Source: Toensbergia leucococca
Taxonomy: Eukaryota
NCBI GenBank assembly: GCA_022813965.1
Contig: JALDZS010000136.1
Coordinates: 46,490 to 66,489, forward strand
Reading direction: 5' to 3'
DNA length: 20,000 nucleotides
Part shown: piece by piece, positions 1 through 12,059 of the stretch
Layout: each line of letters opens with the position of its first letter
Position numbering within the stretch: position 1 is the first letter of the stretch
Program-made: the position numbers and the translations under genes
Notes under the pieces: generated by a model
The model's database searches: none
What the model saw: only the letters and a program-made list of their open reading frames with translations
Told to the model about the DNA's origin: nothing

Positions 1-2104
1 GCCTTTTCCATCCCCCATTCATCATCATACCCGGGCCACCTCACAGGCGGAGCCCCACTGCCCTCTCCCGGTGGGCTGCCCTCCATCTCATCTCCGTCTC
101 CATCCAACCATCCGCTATCCTCGCCCCTCAAACTTATACTCCCACTAAGACTACTAAATTCTAACTTCCCGTCGCCATCGCCCTTGACGGCCTTCAAGAC
201 CCGCCACACGTAGCCCTCACGCCCGTCTTTCGAAACGATCAAGCCGTCCCACGCCAAATTGATGTTTCCGCTCATCGTCTTGCCGGTAACTGACCCCTCC
301 CACTCAAAAGGGTATTTGATGCGCAGCGAGCCCGTGGATACAGTGTACTTGCCCCAGAGGTGGCGCAAAGGCGTTTCGGGGTGGGATAGCGATGAGTGTA
401 CGGTGATGTCCTGGCTTCCGCTTGCGCTGTAGGTCTCGATGCTCGAGGGGGAGCTAGGATGCCCATAAGGTACAAGATTGGCTTGGAGATGACCGGTAAT
501 GGTTCGAATGGTGGTTTCGGTACCATGGAAGAAGGTGGCATCGATGGAGGCGCTGTCGGTGGTTATATACGTGCGATAATCGCGGTTTGGGATATGTTTG
601 GAGATTGGGTTGACAGAGGAGAGAATTGTGGTTCGGGCAGTTATGTGGCCCGAGTTGGAGGATAGTTCAAGGACGGCGGGGGCAGGGTCGAAGGAAGAGG
701 CTTCCTTTGGGACGATATCTATATTTATGGAGCCTGAATGGGTAGTAATTGCGAGACGGTCGTATAGAGGATAGGAGCCTGTTATAGACCCAGATAGTAG
801 ATGTATTACTGTTTCTCGCGAGACGATGGATGTTGAGGATGAATCGTAAGGTGGCATAGTAATAGAGCCTACAGTGGCAGTCATTTCAGTGACGTTTGTC
901 ACAGTGTAAGACAGGCCAGGGTGGAAGATGATAGAAAGTGATTGTGCGTGTATTGCTAGTTGCTCGAGAGTAGCACCTTGTGGGATCCAGATGTCTACAA
1001 GCATGTAGATGCAAGGACGGCTGTTACTGGGAATTGCAGCTCGGTTGGATGAAAAATGGCCTGGAGTACTAATATGCAGGAAGGAGTGGTCTAATTGGAC
1101 GCTATAGTAACTCGCGAGCCCAGGATCTGAGTACTGGAAGCCGACTATGACTCGAATTTTAGAATTGTATCGGTCAGAATTTGATTTCACGTGGATCTCT
1201 CCTGCCGTTTGTACCTCATCCGGAGCCCCGGCTTGGTAGTAATCTCCACGGTCCTGGACCATTTGGATGAATTCAAATTGGTCGGAGATGTCGAATTCCC
1301 ACACTAAAGAGCGCTTATAATTGCCAGGAGCACATTTTTGGCCGTTGATGGGAGGCATTACCTTGTTCCGATCGTCTCCCGTGGGCTTATTCTCAATGGG
1401 TTGGCGCTGCGAGTTGTGTCAGCGTGTGCAGAAGAATCTCTCATGCAAAGTGGACCAACAGTCACACCATGTATGCTCGTAATAGCATTTACAATGAAGC
1501 CAACTCCGATTGCAATGGCCACGGCGACCAAAACAAACTTTGCAGTGGCTCCACAGCAGCGTCTCACATAACGTCGAGAACGCTGCATTCGCTCATGCTT
1601 GTTAGGACTGTCCTGGCTCTGGGCCTGAGAGTCTCGGAGGTGCTGAGGTTCCGAGTGGTGTGGAAAAGCTTCTGATGGTCGGATTGTATCATAGCCCCCA
1701 CTTGGACGCCTGTTCCCACTCTCAACAGGATTGCTTGAAGCGGGTGGTCTGTAAGAAGTGCCAGCTGTAGCATCTGAGTAGGCTGGAGGTGCGGTAGGCA
1801 ATAAAGGAGTCTGCTCTGAGGTCTGATCTCCTTCGTAGGCAGAGTTAAATGTCCGTCTAGGAGGTGGTGATTGTACATATTGAGAGTCTCGCCTCCTTGG
1901 TGGGCTCGCTTCACTTTGCCTCTGTGCTTCCTCTTCTTGCTGTGCTTCTCTTGCTTTGTCGCCTTCTGCTTCTAGTGATGGATCTGGCACGAGGACCTGC
2001 TGCGGGTGGGGTGCACGTTGATTGAAATAGCCGTCTGACGGACCAAGCTCGTTGGACAAAGAGTCGTCATCCGAGTCGTTGTACAGGCCAGTATTGGAAG
2101 GCAT
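1..2104 (-). CDS. Conserved fungal single-pass membrane protein with C-terminal beta-rich putative adhesin (DUF4097-like) region; 2 exons (2104-1460, 1406-<1); 3' end runs off the window
   Basis: ATG at 2104 (MPSNTGLYNDSDDDSLSNELGPSDGYF). A disordered N-terminus with PPAY is followed by the hydrophobic segment FVLVAVAIAIGVGFIVNAI. The phase-0 intron 1407-1459 (GTTGGT...GCTGAC...CAG) joins to a frame that stays open from 1406 to base 1 and has repeated T/S-x-S-G-S/N-I beta motifs (LLSGSITGSYPLYDRL, THSGSINI, TMSGNINL, SLSGSISL). The ORF track lacks this exon because it has no stop in the window. The domain name is recalled from family resemblance, not from a search. Confidence 0.85.
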
Positions 2105-2782
2105 AACGTCCCACTTAGTGACAGAATAGACGAGGGTTGTGCGACGGGAAGCTACTTGACGACAGCCAAGTGAAGGAGCTTCATAGGATGGCTCGAGGAT
2201 GGGTGTATACAGAGAAAGGCTCGTGTGCAGCTCTCTACTGCATCTATCCACTCTGACTCTCCCAGTCTCCCACTGCTAAACCCCGCATGCTCGATCCTCG
2301 ATAGGGCTACGGAGTACCCACCGATAAGCCATCGTCATCCACCAGTGAGAGGCAAAGGATGTGACAGGGATATAGAATATAATAAATAAGCACATTAATG
2401 GTTGAACAAGCACCATTCGACCCATTCAAACGTTAATGTTAGAATAAACATGTCAGCTTTGCCCAACAATGGTGAAGATCTCGAAAAGTCGCAAAGACCA
2501 TGACACTCGACCTGTTCAACGTATGGGAATGTCGTACTTTATAAGCTAAAGCGTGAAATTATCATCTTTTCTTCAAGCTGGTCTAGGTACAATACTCGTA
2601 CTAATAAACCAGCTCTTGCTCCATATTGATGCATGCCACTGCGGGTATGACGGCTACAATCAATCAAACTCCACCGCTCAAATGCTATGCTATGCTATGC
2701 TGATGCTGTACAAACAAAAGAAACATGTACATCTCTGTTGTTGACATTCCAGACAACTCCTAGCTTCATCTTATTTTTCTCT

Positions 2783-4526
2783 TCAAATCCACCCCAGATT
2801 CTCCAATATCGCTTTGCTTTCGTTCACCGCCATGCCACTAACTCCCAATGCTCTGACCTGTGTACCTCTTCGGAGTCTTTGCAGTCCTACCGCAACTTTC
2901 CAGCCCTCTTCTTCTTGCAACACGAAGACGTATCGCTTGCCCTCTTGGTCTCGAATGCTTGCTCGGAGGACGTGCATACCCTTGTGTTCGCCACTCTGTG
3001 TAGAAACACTATCGTTAGATCCGTATTTCAATGACGAAGTACATGTCCAAGATGGAGAAGCCAAAACTCGCTCCAAAGGGTTGTGGCTTGGGACACCATA
3101 CCTCGACTAACTTCAGAGTCCATGCTTTGACGTCCCATTCTCTTTGTGGTACACCTCTAACGTCATCGTCGATGAAAAGCCCTTCGGTCGTGATTCGAAG
3201 AATTAAGCCATCCGTCACTGACCCAACGCCGGATATCAATTGGGCAACGGGAAGTTTCATAAAGGTATTGTTGAACGAGTAAACGCCTTTGATAACGATC
3301 TTGTCAGGGTCTTTGCTATGATAAGGACCTCGATGGGACGGCGGCGGTGTTGTGCGGCTGGTGGATTGTGAGGGTGCGTACGAGGATTCCGAGTAAACCG
3401 AGGAAGCGGAAGTGGTTTTATGTACGGGTCGCTTTGGTTTATCGTACGGTCGAAAAGAGTACGTGTCGTCTTCTGTTGCTGTCTTGGCTGATGGCTGTTG
3501 GTGTTTTTTGGTAGGAGAAGGGGGCCTAGAATTCTCAGCTTTCCGCGTACTAGCTTGCGAAGGCTGTGGAGATGGGTCTCGGTCTTTCTCTTTCGCTTCT
3601 TTTTCTCTTCTCTCTCGTGCCTCTCGCGCCTTTTGCGCTTCTCGTGCTTCTTCTTTTTCTTTTTCTTTCTCCTTTTCTTTTTCTTTTTCTTTTTGCGCTT
3701 CTCTTTCTCTTTCTCTTCTCTCCTGCGCCTCCTTTTCTCTTCTTTCGCGCGCTTCCTTTTCTCTTCTCTCTCGAGCTTCTTTTTCTCTCCTTTCTCGTGC
3801 TTCTCTTTCACGGGCGTCTCTCTCTCTCTCTTTTATTCTCTCCTTCTCGTCATCTTCTTTCTTTTTCCGTATCTCTTCCGCTTTCCGACGCTCCTCCTCT
3901 TTCCTCCTTGTTTCCTCCCTCGCTTTCTCCCAGCCGCCCTTTGCAGTCCCAGCATTCGCCGAAGTATTGGGATAGGTAGGTCCAGTATTGGCTCGCTGCC
4001 AAGTAGGCTTGGGAGGAGCTCTGGGTTCAGGCCCAGTATATCCTGGAGCTGGAGGTGGACCACCTGTTGCTGTTCCATTGGCGTGAGCACCTGTTGTACC
4101 CCCAGTCCCAGCTCCTGCATGTCCAGCTCCTGCATGTCCGGCTCCCGCGCCTCCCACTCCTGCCCCTCCAACGCCCGCACCTCCTTCGTTTGGACCTCCC
4201 GTCTCTAATTGTGTTTTACCCCATGCCCAGCCAGCGACGCCAACGCCAACCATGAGGAACACCACGGCGACGCCACCACTAGCTACGATTGTTGCAAACC
4301 ATTCCCTCAGCACGGGAAAGACAATAGACCAGATGGCCACAGCCAGAATGGTGCACGCCACGCCAGCGAGGAAGCTATTCCGGTGAGGTTGGAGTGAGGG
4401 TAGATAGAGAAAACCGGATCCAGATGAGTGTGGCGGGATGATGAAGATATCGTAATTACCTGGCGGTAAACCTGAGGCTTTTCCGGTGTTACCGCCATGA
4501 GGAGGGGGAGGAGGTGGAGGATCCAT
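2783..4526 (-). CDS. Conserved hypothetical fungal protein (~545 aa): two N-terminal TM segments, Gly/Pro linker, E/R/K coiled coil, conserved globular C-terminal domain; 2 exons (4526-3102, 2995-2783)
   Basis: ORF 3015..4526 and ORF 2783..3076 are joined by the phase-0 intron 2996-3101 (GTATGG...CTAAC...CAG), giving ...WDVKAWTLKLVE|SGEHKGMHVLRASIRDQEGKRYVFV...ILENLGWI*. Confidence 0.88.
3585..3935 (-). repeat. Low-complexity coding repeats (EKEARERR-like 24-nt units and EK dipeptide runs) encoding a charged coiled coil
   Basis: Pyrimidine-rich on the + strand. Translates as ...EREARERREKEARERREKEARERREKEAQERREREREAQKEKEKEKEKEKEKEE... Confidence 0.85.
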
Positions 4527-5381
4527 TGGTAGGTTGGGGATTGGAAGCTGAAAAGACGGGCCACAGTATACCTCTTAGCTTCTTCGGGCGCTGTGAGGGT
4601 GGCCGTGTTTGCTATGACTGTTGCAGACGTCGATATCGCAAGGAAGAAATGTGGAAACGGTGCTTCATGTTAATTACCGGCGGTGCGTTTGTTGCGCAAC
4701 AGTCGGGGGTCCAGTTGACTCGGGGCAATCATGCGGTCCTGGTAAGCGGGAAGTAGAGGTCTGATGGATTGGGCGGTAGACAAACAAGTTGTGGTGATGG
4801 TCGATCTTGGCGAATTCTGGTTTCAAGGTGTTGAATTTTGTTTATGATGTGACTTGATTTTGCTTGGTGGTGAGCGAGTTTGGGTGCAATTGAGAAATAA
4901 TAACAAAGACCCCTGCAAGTGTCAGCCCCTGGCCCCCCGGACTTCCGAAGCGCTAATGCCGGCTCCCACTCTGCAGATATCCCTCATCAACGGCTTGTCG
5001 ATACATGTGGGAGTCGAGTCATTCTACTCCGTACTCGTACATTGATACTCGTACACGATGAATGATGCTTCATTTGCCAACTATTTCCACATCACATTCT
5101 GTCTGTTGACACACCCTACACTATTGCAACTAATGCCCGGCCTGTACGAGTATCATATGCGAGAGAATCACCCCCCGAGTCGGCGAATCGCTACCTTGTT
5201 GTGACAGCAGGTGCATGCATCTAATCAGTCCAGCCCTGTTACTCGTTCCTCGACCGTTCCTCGACACATGCACCGGAGCCCAAGAGCCACACGCTGAGCT
5301 GGCATTGCAGCCATCTTCTCGAGCCGCGTCAAATTATTGACATGTTCATCATCCATCAACTTGAAGACTGTCTAGTTGGAA

Positions 5382-7519
5382 TTATTTACAATACGATCTA
5401 CATAAACTACTAAACCAATGATGTCTCTGTGTATGCTTGATGAACGCGCCTATTTCGCTTTTGTCGCAGATATAAAAGCTGAGTGCTGGCTCTTTTAAAT
5501 CCCTCGATGCTACTTCTTTTTTCATGGCGTCGCAGTTAGGGTCTGCGCCCTTGCGCATGTGAACCTGACCATGCCTGCGGGGATAATGCCAGCCCATCTC
5601 ACAAAAGGTCAGAAAATGTGACACGGGCGAAACGTCACGCAGCCTCGCGCGGCAATTATCAGCATGATCAGTGCTTTCATATAAGACCTTCTCTTGCCCG
5701 ATTTCATGAAAGAACTGTACTGTGTACTCACCATTTGTACCACACGCGCAGGGTAATTGGATATGCCCATCCTTGACGACAGCAAGCTCAGCATTTGGCT
5801 GGTAACAGACCGGAAGAAAGCTTCCGCTGGCTGAGCTTGGCGAATCTCTGTCGTGCACCAGGTCATCAAGACTTGGGAACGGGCCTGTCTCACGAAAGCC
5901 GTATTTCTGCCATCGTATCCAAGACGCCTGAACGAAGTGATTCATCTTGTTGCCCCAGTATAGGTCACGCTGCTGGAACTCCTTTATGCCAAACATCTCG
6001 ACATTCCGAGGGTGTGTTTTGCTACCTCGCTGGCATTTGGCCTCGCAGACGACACCATCCTTCACGACGAAAGTACCTGGTCCCTTCATAGTCGACCTGG
6101 CTCCCGCCGGCTGCTGGCATCTCAAATAACAACTTTGGGACTTCAGACTGGCCGATATGACGGCATTTTGAAAATGCCTGGTCATTTGTCTAAGAAATGG
6201 AGTTAGCCTCGGCAGTAAAAGAACTTCTTTAATAAATGACTTTCACTGACTCTTCCAGCAGAGATGGAGAATTCGAGAAACGATCGGGCAGCTCAATATA
6301 GTCACCAGTGGAAATCAGGTCAGCCAGCACGCTTTCATCATTAGGATTGAAGTTCCCTTGTAAGCGTGTTAGCGTCTGTGTACAATCTACTCTGAGGGAG
6401 CCCACCATTATCTCCAAATCCAACACCGCTTACAATATCTTTGACTCTCGACTCAATTTCCACTTGGAAATGATGGGCTGCAGTAGCAATTCCTATATCC
6501 AACTGCCTCTTGTGCTTGTCCTCGTCGCCTGGTGAAGGGTTGCCCCAGCGGGCGCAGAGGGATGATTTCAGGTCAGTGAGTTCAAGACCTTGAAATTGCG
6601 CAAAAACCTTTCCTATAGTCCCTCGTCTGTCTTTCTTGACGAGCCTTTGCCACATTCTGCTCCCGCCACCGTTCATGTCAAATCTCGTTCCCAAGGACGA
6701 TGACCGTATAGCGCCAGACTCGGCAGCATCAACACCAGCTTCATCTGCAACTAAGAAGGCTTCCGGGACGACGGCAATTGCGGTTACCGTAACTGCAGCT
6801 ATGAGAGCATCAACAACGCTTGCAATCATCTCACATTGGTGTTGGATTTGTTCGCTGTGCAGCTCGAAAAAGGTATGCGCTATTCCAGATGTCATGCTTT
6901 CGACGTTATACTCTGCATAATGACTCGTCTCCTTGATTTGCCCGTCAGCCCATTTTCATTGACTTCCACTACGCAGCCAGCTTTAGAAACCACCTACCCA
7001 GATATCGTCATTGATGTGGACCAAGTTGTCAATGCTATTGATAGCGAAGTAAACTTTTCGTGCCAGATCCTCATCCTTTACTTTTTCACAGATGTAATTT
7101 AAAGACGGCCAATGGGAACAACCTTGTTGATCAAGCGCGCAGTCCAGATCATGCCAGTCCAGGAATTCACTTGCGAAGAAATGTGGTTCCGAACGTCTAT
7201 CATGCCACTTCCGAGATGTTTTGTCGATGCTGATGGTCCACTTCTTGTACCACTCGGCCGTTCCGGAAATTTCGAAATTGGTTCTGTTTCGGTGGTAATA
7301 CTCCGAAGCCTCTGTGCACCCGTTTCTGCGTTTTGAAGCCTTATGAAATGCAATTCCCGTCGTATGTCCCTCCGTTGGAATAGAAACATTTTGAGCAACA
7401 GCAGTCCCAGGAAGAAAGAGTGAGGCCAAGATCAGAACTGACGGGAAGTAGGTAGCCTGGAGGGCCAGAAGCCTGCAGATCAAGACGAAGAGACATCGAT
7501 GGGAAGTTCCGGGGATCAT
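5382..7519 (-). CDS. Uncharacterised Cys-rich predicted secreted protein (~650 aa), 4 exons
   Basis: Four ORF-track pieces join in frame through intron 6932-6997 (GTAGGT...GCTGAC...AAG), a second intron (6376-6433 or 6357-6405, ambiguous) and intron 6190-6250 (GTCAGT...GCTAAC...TAG). The hydrophobic N-terminus ends in AVA|Q and is followed by dibasic KRR. About 19 Cys lie after the signal region, including LPCACG. Confidence 0.8.
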
Positions 7520-8364
7520 GATGACGGGAGGGAATGATGGGAGAAGTAATTGTCTGATAGTGTAGATGAATCAAGCCTGGCTGGAAAAGCAGAGGAGAAG
7601 AATTCACTGGTGAGTATCTCAATTGATTGTCAACATCAAGTCGAGGGGGGAAATGCAGGATTCAAATAGTCTCGAGTCCTCACAGCTCCGCCAAGAGACA
7701 CATTGTATGTTGTCCATTCAATCTGTCTCGAGACCTAGAGCTCTACTCGCCACCTTCCCTAACTGCATTGTCAACAATTCTGAGTTTCGACTTCTGTTTA
7801 CATGGCAACCAGATAGACTGTCAAGATACTAAAGATAGCACGAAATCAACGCTTGGCGCTGCTCATGACGATGGCGAGAGATCAGGCACGGCTTCCTCCG
7901 AGCTCTTCGTTGCGTGCGAAAGGACTCATCTTGCAGCATCGGTGATGATCGCTCTTTCATATGTCTTATCCAGGAAGGATCAGCCGAGCCAGAAAAGCAA
8001 CCCAGCCTCCAAAATCTGGAAAACCTCTCGCGCCTGCCACAAACGCCGGAAATTAATTTTTCCTCGGGGGGCAATGAGGATCTGGATTCTTGGTTGGAGT
8101 GCAAGTATGAATCACGACACATGCCAATTTTTCCCCATCTGTTACCGCAGAGATGATTTCAGATCTAAGAAAGTTAGATGGGAATCAGTGTTCACCCCTC
8201 ATGCCAAATTCACTCTTTCATGGAAGAAAGATCACACTTGGCTCAGTGGACTGACTCCTCTTGCCACCATACCACCCTTTCAACCCCTCTTACCACTATC
8301 TCAACCTGGTCCCAACTGCCCAGCAAGTCCCACATACCCCTCCCTCGACCTTCTACGACTCTAA

Positions 8365-8720
8365 CTTTTTGACACGCGCTTCCCAAAACACCCCCCCCCC
8401 CCTTCAACAAAAAAATAAACACAACTTTCTCCTTTCTCATCTCTCAATAAAAAAAAAACACCCTCATGTGATTTGAGCAACACTCAGATCTCTTTCTTCA
8501 GCCAATTTCACAACACAACCTCCCTCACTCACATTTATTGCGCGTCACCCCCCCCCCAAAAAAAAAGAATAAAAATTTTTTCCTTTTTTCTCACATTGAA
8601 CTTGCCCCCCCAAAAAAAAGAGTATCAAATTTCCGCCAAACAAGGAAAAAGAAAAAAAATCAGCAAGTCACACAAACCTGACCAAAGAGACCCAACAAAA
8701 AAAGAAAAAACCCCTTTGGC
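8365..8720. repeat. Low-complexity A/C homopolymer-rich, G-poor tract (degenerate relic or low-quality sequence)
   Basis: Several poly-C and poly-A runs (e.g. C-run at ~8390-8402, A-runs at ~8449-8458 and 8558-8567) with strong G depletion on the + strand and no credible ORF. Confidence 0.5.
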
Positions 8721-9367
8721 ATCTATACAGGAAAACATGACTACAAATAATCACCCAAGGTTGCTTCACTAATCTTGATGAAAATCGCGAAATTCCTCAA
8801 GAACATTCCGTTAAAAGGCAGTCAATGCTTGCTACAAACAGCGCTACCTAGGGAAAAAACTTCTGTCTTGAATTGACCAATGTTTAGGTAGGCTTGAAAG
8901 AAAAGGGGGGGGGATTTGCTTAATCATATCGAGCAAAAGTCTAAAAGAGGACAAGAACTTTTGATCTCTCTACCTATTTTCAATTTCAATCCTGCATGAT
9001 CAAAGAGCAAGGCATTTCCCCAAGCAAAACCCAAATAAAATCAAGGGTGTAAAAGAGTGTTCAATACACACAGCTCTGCATGTTATTGAGCTCCTTGAAT
9101 TCACTCCATGTGTGTTATCATTTCACAAAGATATGAAAAGAATTTTCATTCTTGAGAGTTTACATTACATTGATAGTGATGGAGATAAACAAAAATCCCA
9201 CAAAAGACTGAATGGCAGTAGCGAAAAGAACTGTCCAGTGAGAATTGAATTAACGGAAAACGAAATTCGACCTTGGTGTGAGTTTCAAAACTCACTACCA
9301 GCTCAAAAACAGTGAAAATCGACTTGCACGCACCAGTGTACGTGTTCATACCAGACTGAGGAATCCA

Positions 9368-11199
9368 CTATGACCCACTTTCAGCCGCTTTCTTCTTGGC
9401 CGCCGCCTTCTTCTCCTTGGCCTCCTGGATCTGCTTCCTCGCGTTCTCAAGCTCTTGCTCCGTCGGCATGTTGACGATGGTCAAATAGAGCACGCCTTCC
9501 TGCAGCAAGCGTTTGGATCCTTTTTCTTTCTGGCCTTGGAGGCGTTTTTCCTCAGCTTTACGCTGCGCGCGCTCGTAGCGTCGGCGTGCGCCGAGTCTAG
9601 AGTGGGCCAGCATCCTCATCAATAACTTATGTACCGGATTGTTCAATCACTTTGGGGAAGGGTTTGCTTACGGCTCTGCCTTGTAGCGGCCACCTGTTAT
9701 GAGAGTGAAGAAGTGCATATTGGTCGCGTTGTTCGGGTCTGCGAAGCGGGATTTAAACTCAGGGGCTGCAGGAGCCATTTGCGTGGTTAGAGTTGACTGT
9801 GGATTTGCGGCGGCCTTTACCATTGAGTCAGAACTGATGTTTTCTCCCACAAAGAGTGAAAGAAAGCTATGTATGCGAGACTTACGTAGGTAGCTTGCGC
9901 TCTGCGGTCAAAATATTCGTTCACGAATTTTGAGGAACTCTTGGCTTTGGCCTTGATGCTGTTAGCCACGCCATCGGTGTTGCCGTCCTTTTGAGCATTA
10001 TCCGCTATAGCATCAAGAGCTGGGAACGAGAGGGGTGCACAAGTGACCGGTATCTCTGCCTCCTTAGTCTCACCGCTCGCAATTCGAAGCTTTTTCATCT
10101 TCTCCTTCATCTCATCCATCCTTTTCTGCTTCTCTCGCTCTTCGCCCTCATTACTCGTCGTCTTCTCTGGTGCCACAAGGTCGTCACCGTATTTCGCCAT
10201 GGCGGAAGCACCCAGATCTACAGTCTGCGTTTCAACCTCTGTCTGATCGCTATGACCTGGCTTGTACGTAACGATCAGCGCGAAGAGACCTTTCGGTATG
10301 AAGAAGTCCTTGTTCGCCTGGTCAAGGAATTTGTTCGTGCGCCATCTCTCTTGCACTTCTTGACCGATTCCTGCCATTATCTGGACAGCTTGTACGGCGA
10401 GACCAACCATCGCGTCTGGGTACAAGCCCACAATACCGGTTGCGATCATAATGATATCAAAAATGGGAGATGCCTGCGCGGCGCTGTGAAAGTTCTTGAG
10501 GAATCTCAAAAACATTTCCTGATCAATGCCTGGGTCTTGTAGTACTGGTGCGTAGGCACGGACGAAGCCTCGGGTCTTAGTGCCTGGCCGTCTCTGAGGA
10601 AGAATAACCGGGAAGGGCAATTTTTTGAGGGGAGCATTTTTCAAGTGAGTGTCAGCTTTGGGCTTGCCAAGCTGCATACCGAGAGTTGAAGTTTCCGTTG
10701 AGGGCTCTTCTTTGTCGCTCTGCACCTGGGCTAAGGACTCATCCTTCTCTTCCGTCTCCGAAGCGGCCTCATCAAGAGCCCAATCTGCCTCATCACGCTC
10801 AAAACCATCATTTTTCAATTGCTCAGGGACTAACTCATGCGTTGCCGTCTCCCCGTCTGCTAGGACGGCTTGATAACTTGCAATGAGCTCGTCAGCCTGA
10901 TTTTCGGGGACATTGACGTAGACTGAATCGCCTAGACCTTCAGAAGGAGATGCATTATCCTGAGGGCGGGTTTCTTCTGCTGCTATTGATGTTGTTGCAT
11001 CTGCTGCCACAGCATCCGGTTGAGACTCGGATCGCTTCTTCTTATCTCTAAGATGATGAATTGCTTCGCTTCCGAGGCCAATGGGGGTCACAATAAGCTT
11101 GACAACCCGCCCCATGAGAGCGGTCCCGAGTGTTTTGTGGGCGAATGCATTGCGATTGTACCCGTACTTGGGATCGAAGCCGGATTCATAGTCACCCAT
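9368..11199 (-). CDS. Conserved fungal protein of the BuaE-like (burnettramic acid cluster protein E-like) family, function unknown (~561 aa); 3 exons (11199-9886, 9814-9672, 9596-9368)
   Basis: Family-typical motifs: LPFPVILPQRRPGTKTRGFVRAYAPVL, FLRFLKNF, FLDQANKDFFIPKGLFALIVTYKP, YFDRRAQATY, FKSRFADPN, VLYLTIVNMPTEQEL. Introns 9815-9885 (GTAAGT...CTGAC...AAG) and 9597-9671 (GTAAGC...TAG) keep the frame. The family name is from recall. Confidence 0.85.
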
Positions 11200-12059
11200 T
11201 TTGATGATGTAGGAGCTCAAAAGAAAGCCTAGTCAGAGGCGGATTTTCGTGGAGGTCTGGGGTTGACAATAGTGAGGATCAAAGGTCGATTGACTACCAA
11301 CCTTTGAATTGGCCGTGGCACTCGTGGGGCTTATGAGGCGGGCTTGATAGTAGTAGATGGTCTCCTCGTCTTCCTTGCTCGCTAGCCGCACTGGCCCCAC
11401 ACGGCTCATATTCTATAGCGCACCATTCGATACTCGCCACCCCCACTCCCTGTAGAACTCTGGAAGCAAGCCCCATCTATGTCAACCGAACCCTTTTCTG
11501 ACTGGAAGGTTCTGATGGAGAGTCAGAAACCTGGAGGCTCCAGGCTTCGAAATCTCAGACATCCAAAATGTGAAAAAACCTTTCGGCGCTGGTGAGGTAT
11601 TGCCGGTGAGGCACTGCCCCCATTTATCTGGTGAGGAGCAGGGAATCGTTCAATAGATTACCCCTTATCGACCTCGGTACAAGTACGGTCGCCGGGAAAA
11701 CTTGGAGTCGTCGTCATCGTCATGTTTGGATGGACATTAGAGTAAATACGGAGCGTCTGTAAATATATTTTACGTTACAATACTGTCAATTTCTTTTGCA
11801 TTTTCACTACGGCTAAGTTTAAAGATGCAGCCTCATACGCCTACAGCACCTGGGCACCTCTACGTACCTGCATATCCTTCATGTTTAGGTAAGTGAATGT
11901 GACCTAGCTGACATGCTATGCCGATCGTAGGCCCCACAAGACTTCTCAAGATTGCCTGTAATAAGACTCACAAAATGCTGCTCTGACTTCAGAACACTAG
12001 CAGGTTCACGTTGTGACGTCACGTTCACCGTCAACCCTCACAAAAAAATCAAATCTTTA

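Noticed and set aside
2105..2251. Upstream extension of ORF 1358..2251 (and similar non-ATG starts at 11220 and 16330)
   Set aside because: The ORF track uses GTG/TTG starts. The plausible eukaryotic starts are ATG 2104, ATG 11199 and the spliced ATG 16536/16527.
2682..2708. (ATGCT)n microsatellite, and similar tiny duplications near 5026-5055 and 5244-5266
   Set aside because: These are ordinary short slippage repeats in UTR or intergenic DNA with no further structure.
3257..4255. Long overlapping ORFs (3412..3975 +, 3498..4208 +, 3566..3979 +, 3257..3811 -, 3833..4180 -)
   Set aside because: These are shadow frames of the low-complexity E/R/K coiled-coil region, with F/S/L- or K/R-only composition and no independent gene signals.
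7627..8364. 245-aa + strand ORF and its overlapping short ORFs
   Set aside because: Non-ATG start, no recognisable motif or consistent splice structure, and it runs into degenerate sequence.
9368..11199. Secondary-metabolite cluster implied by the BuaE-like gene
   Set aside because: There is no PKS, NRPS, tailoring enzyme or transporter in the window, so the family label alone does not indicate a cluster.
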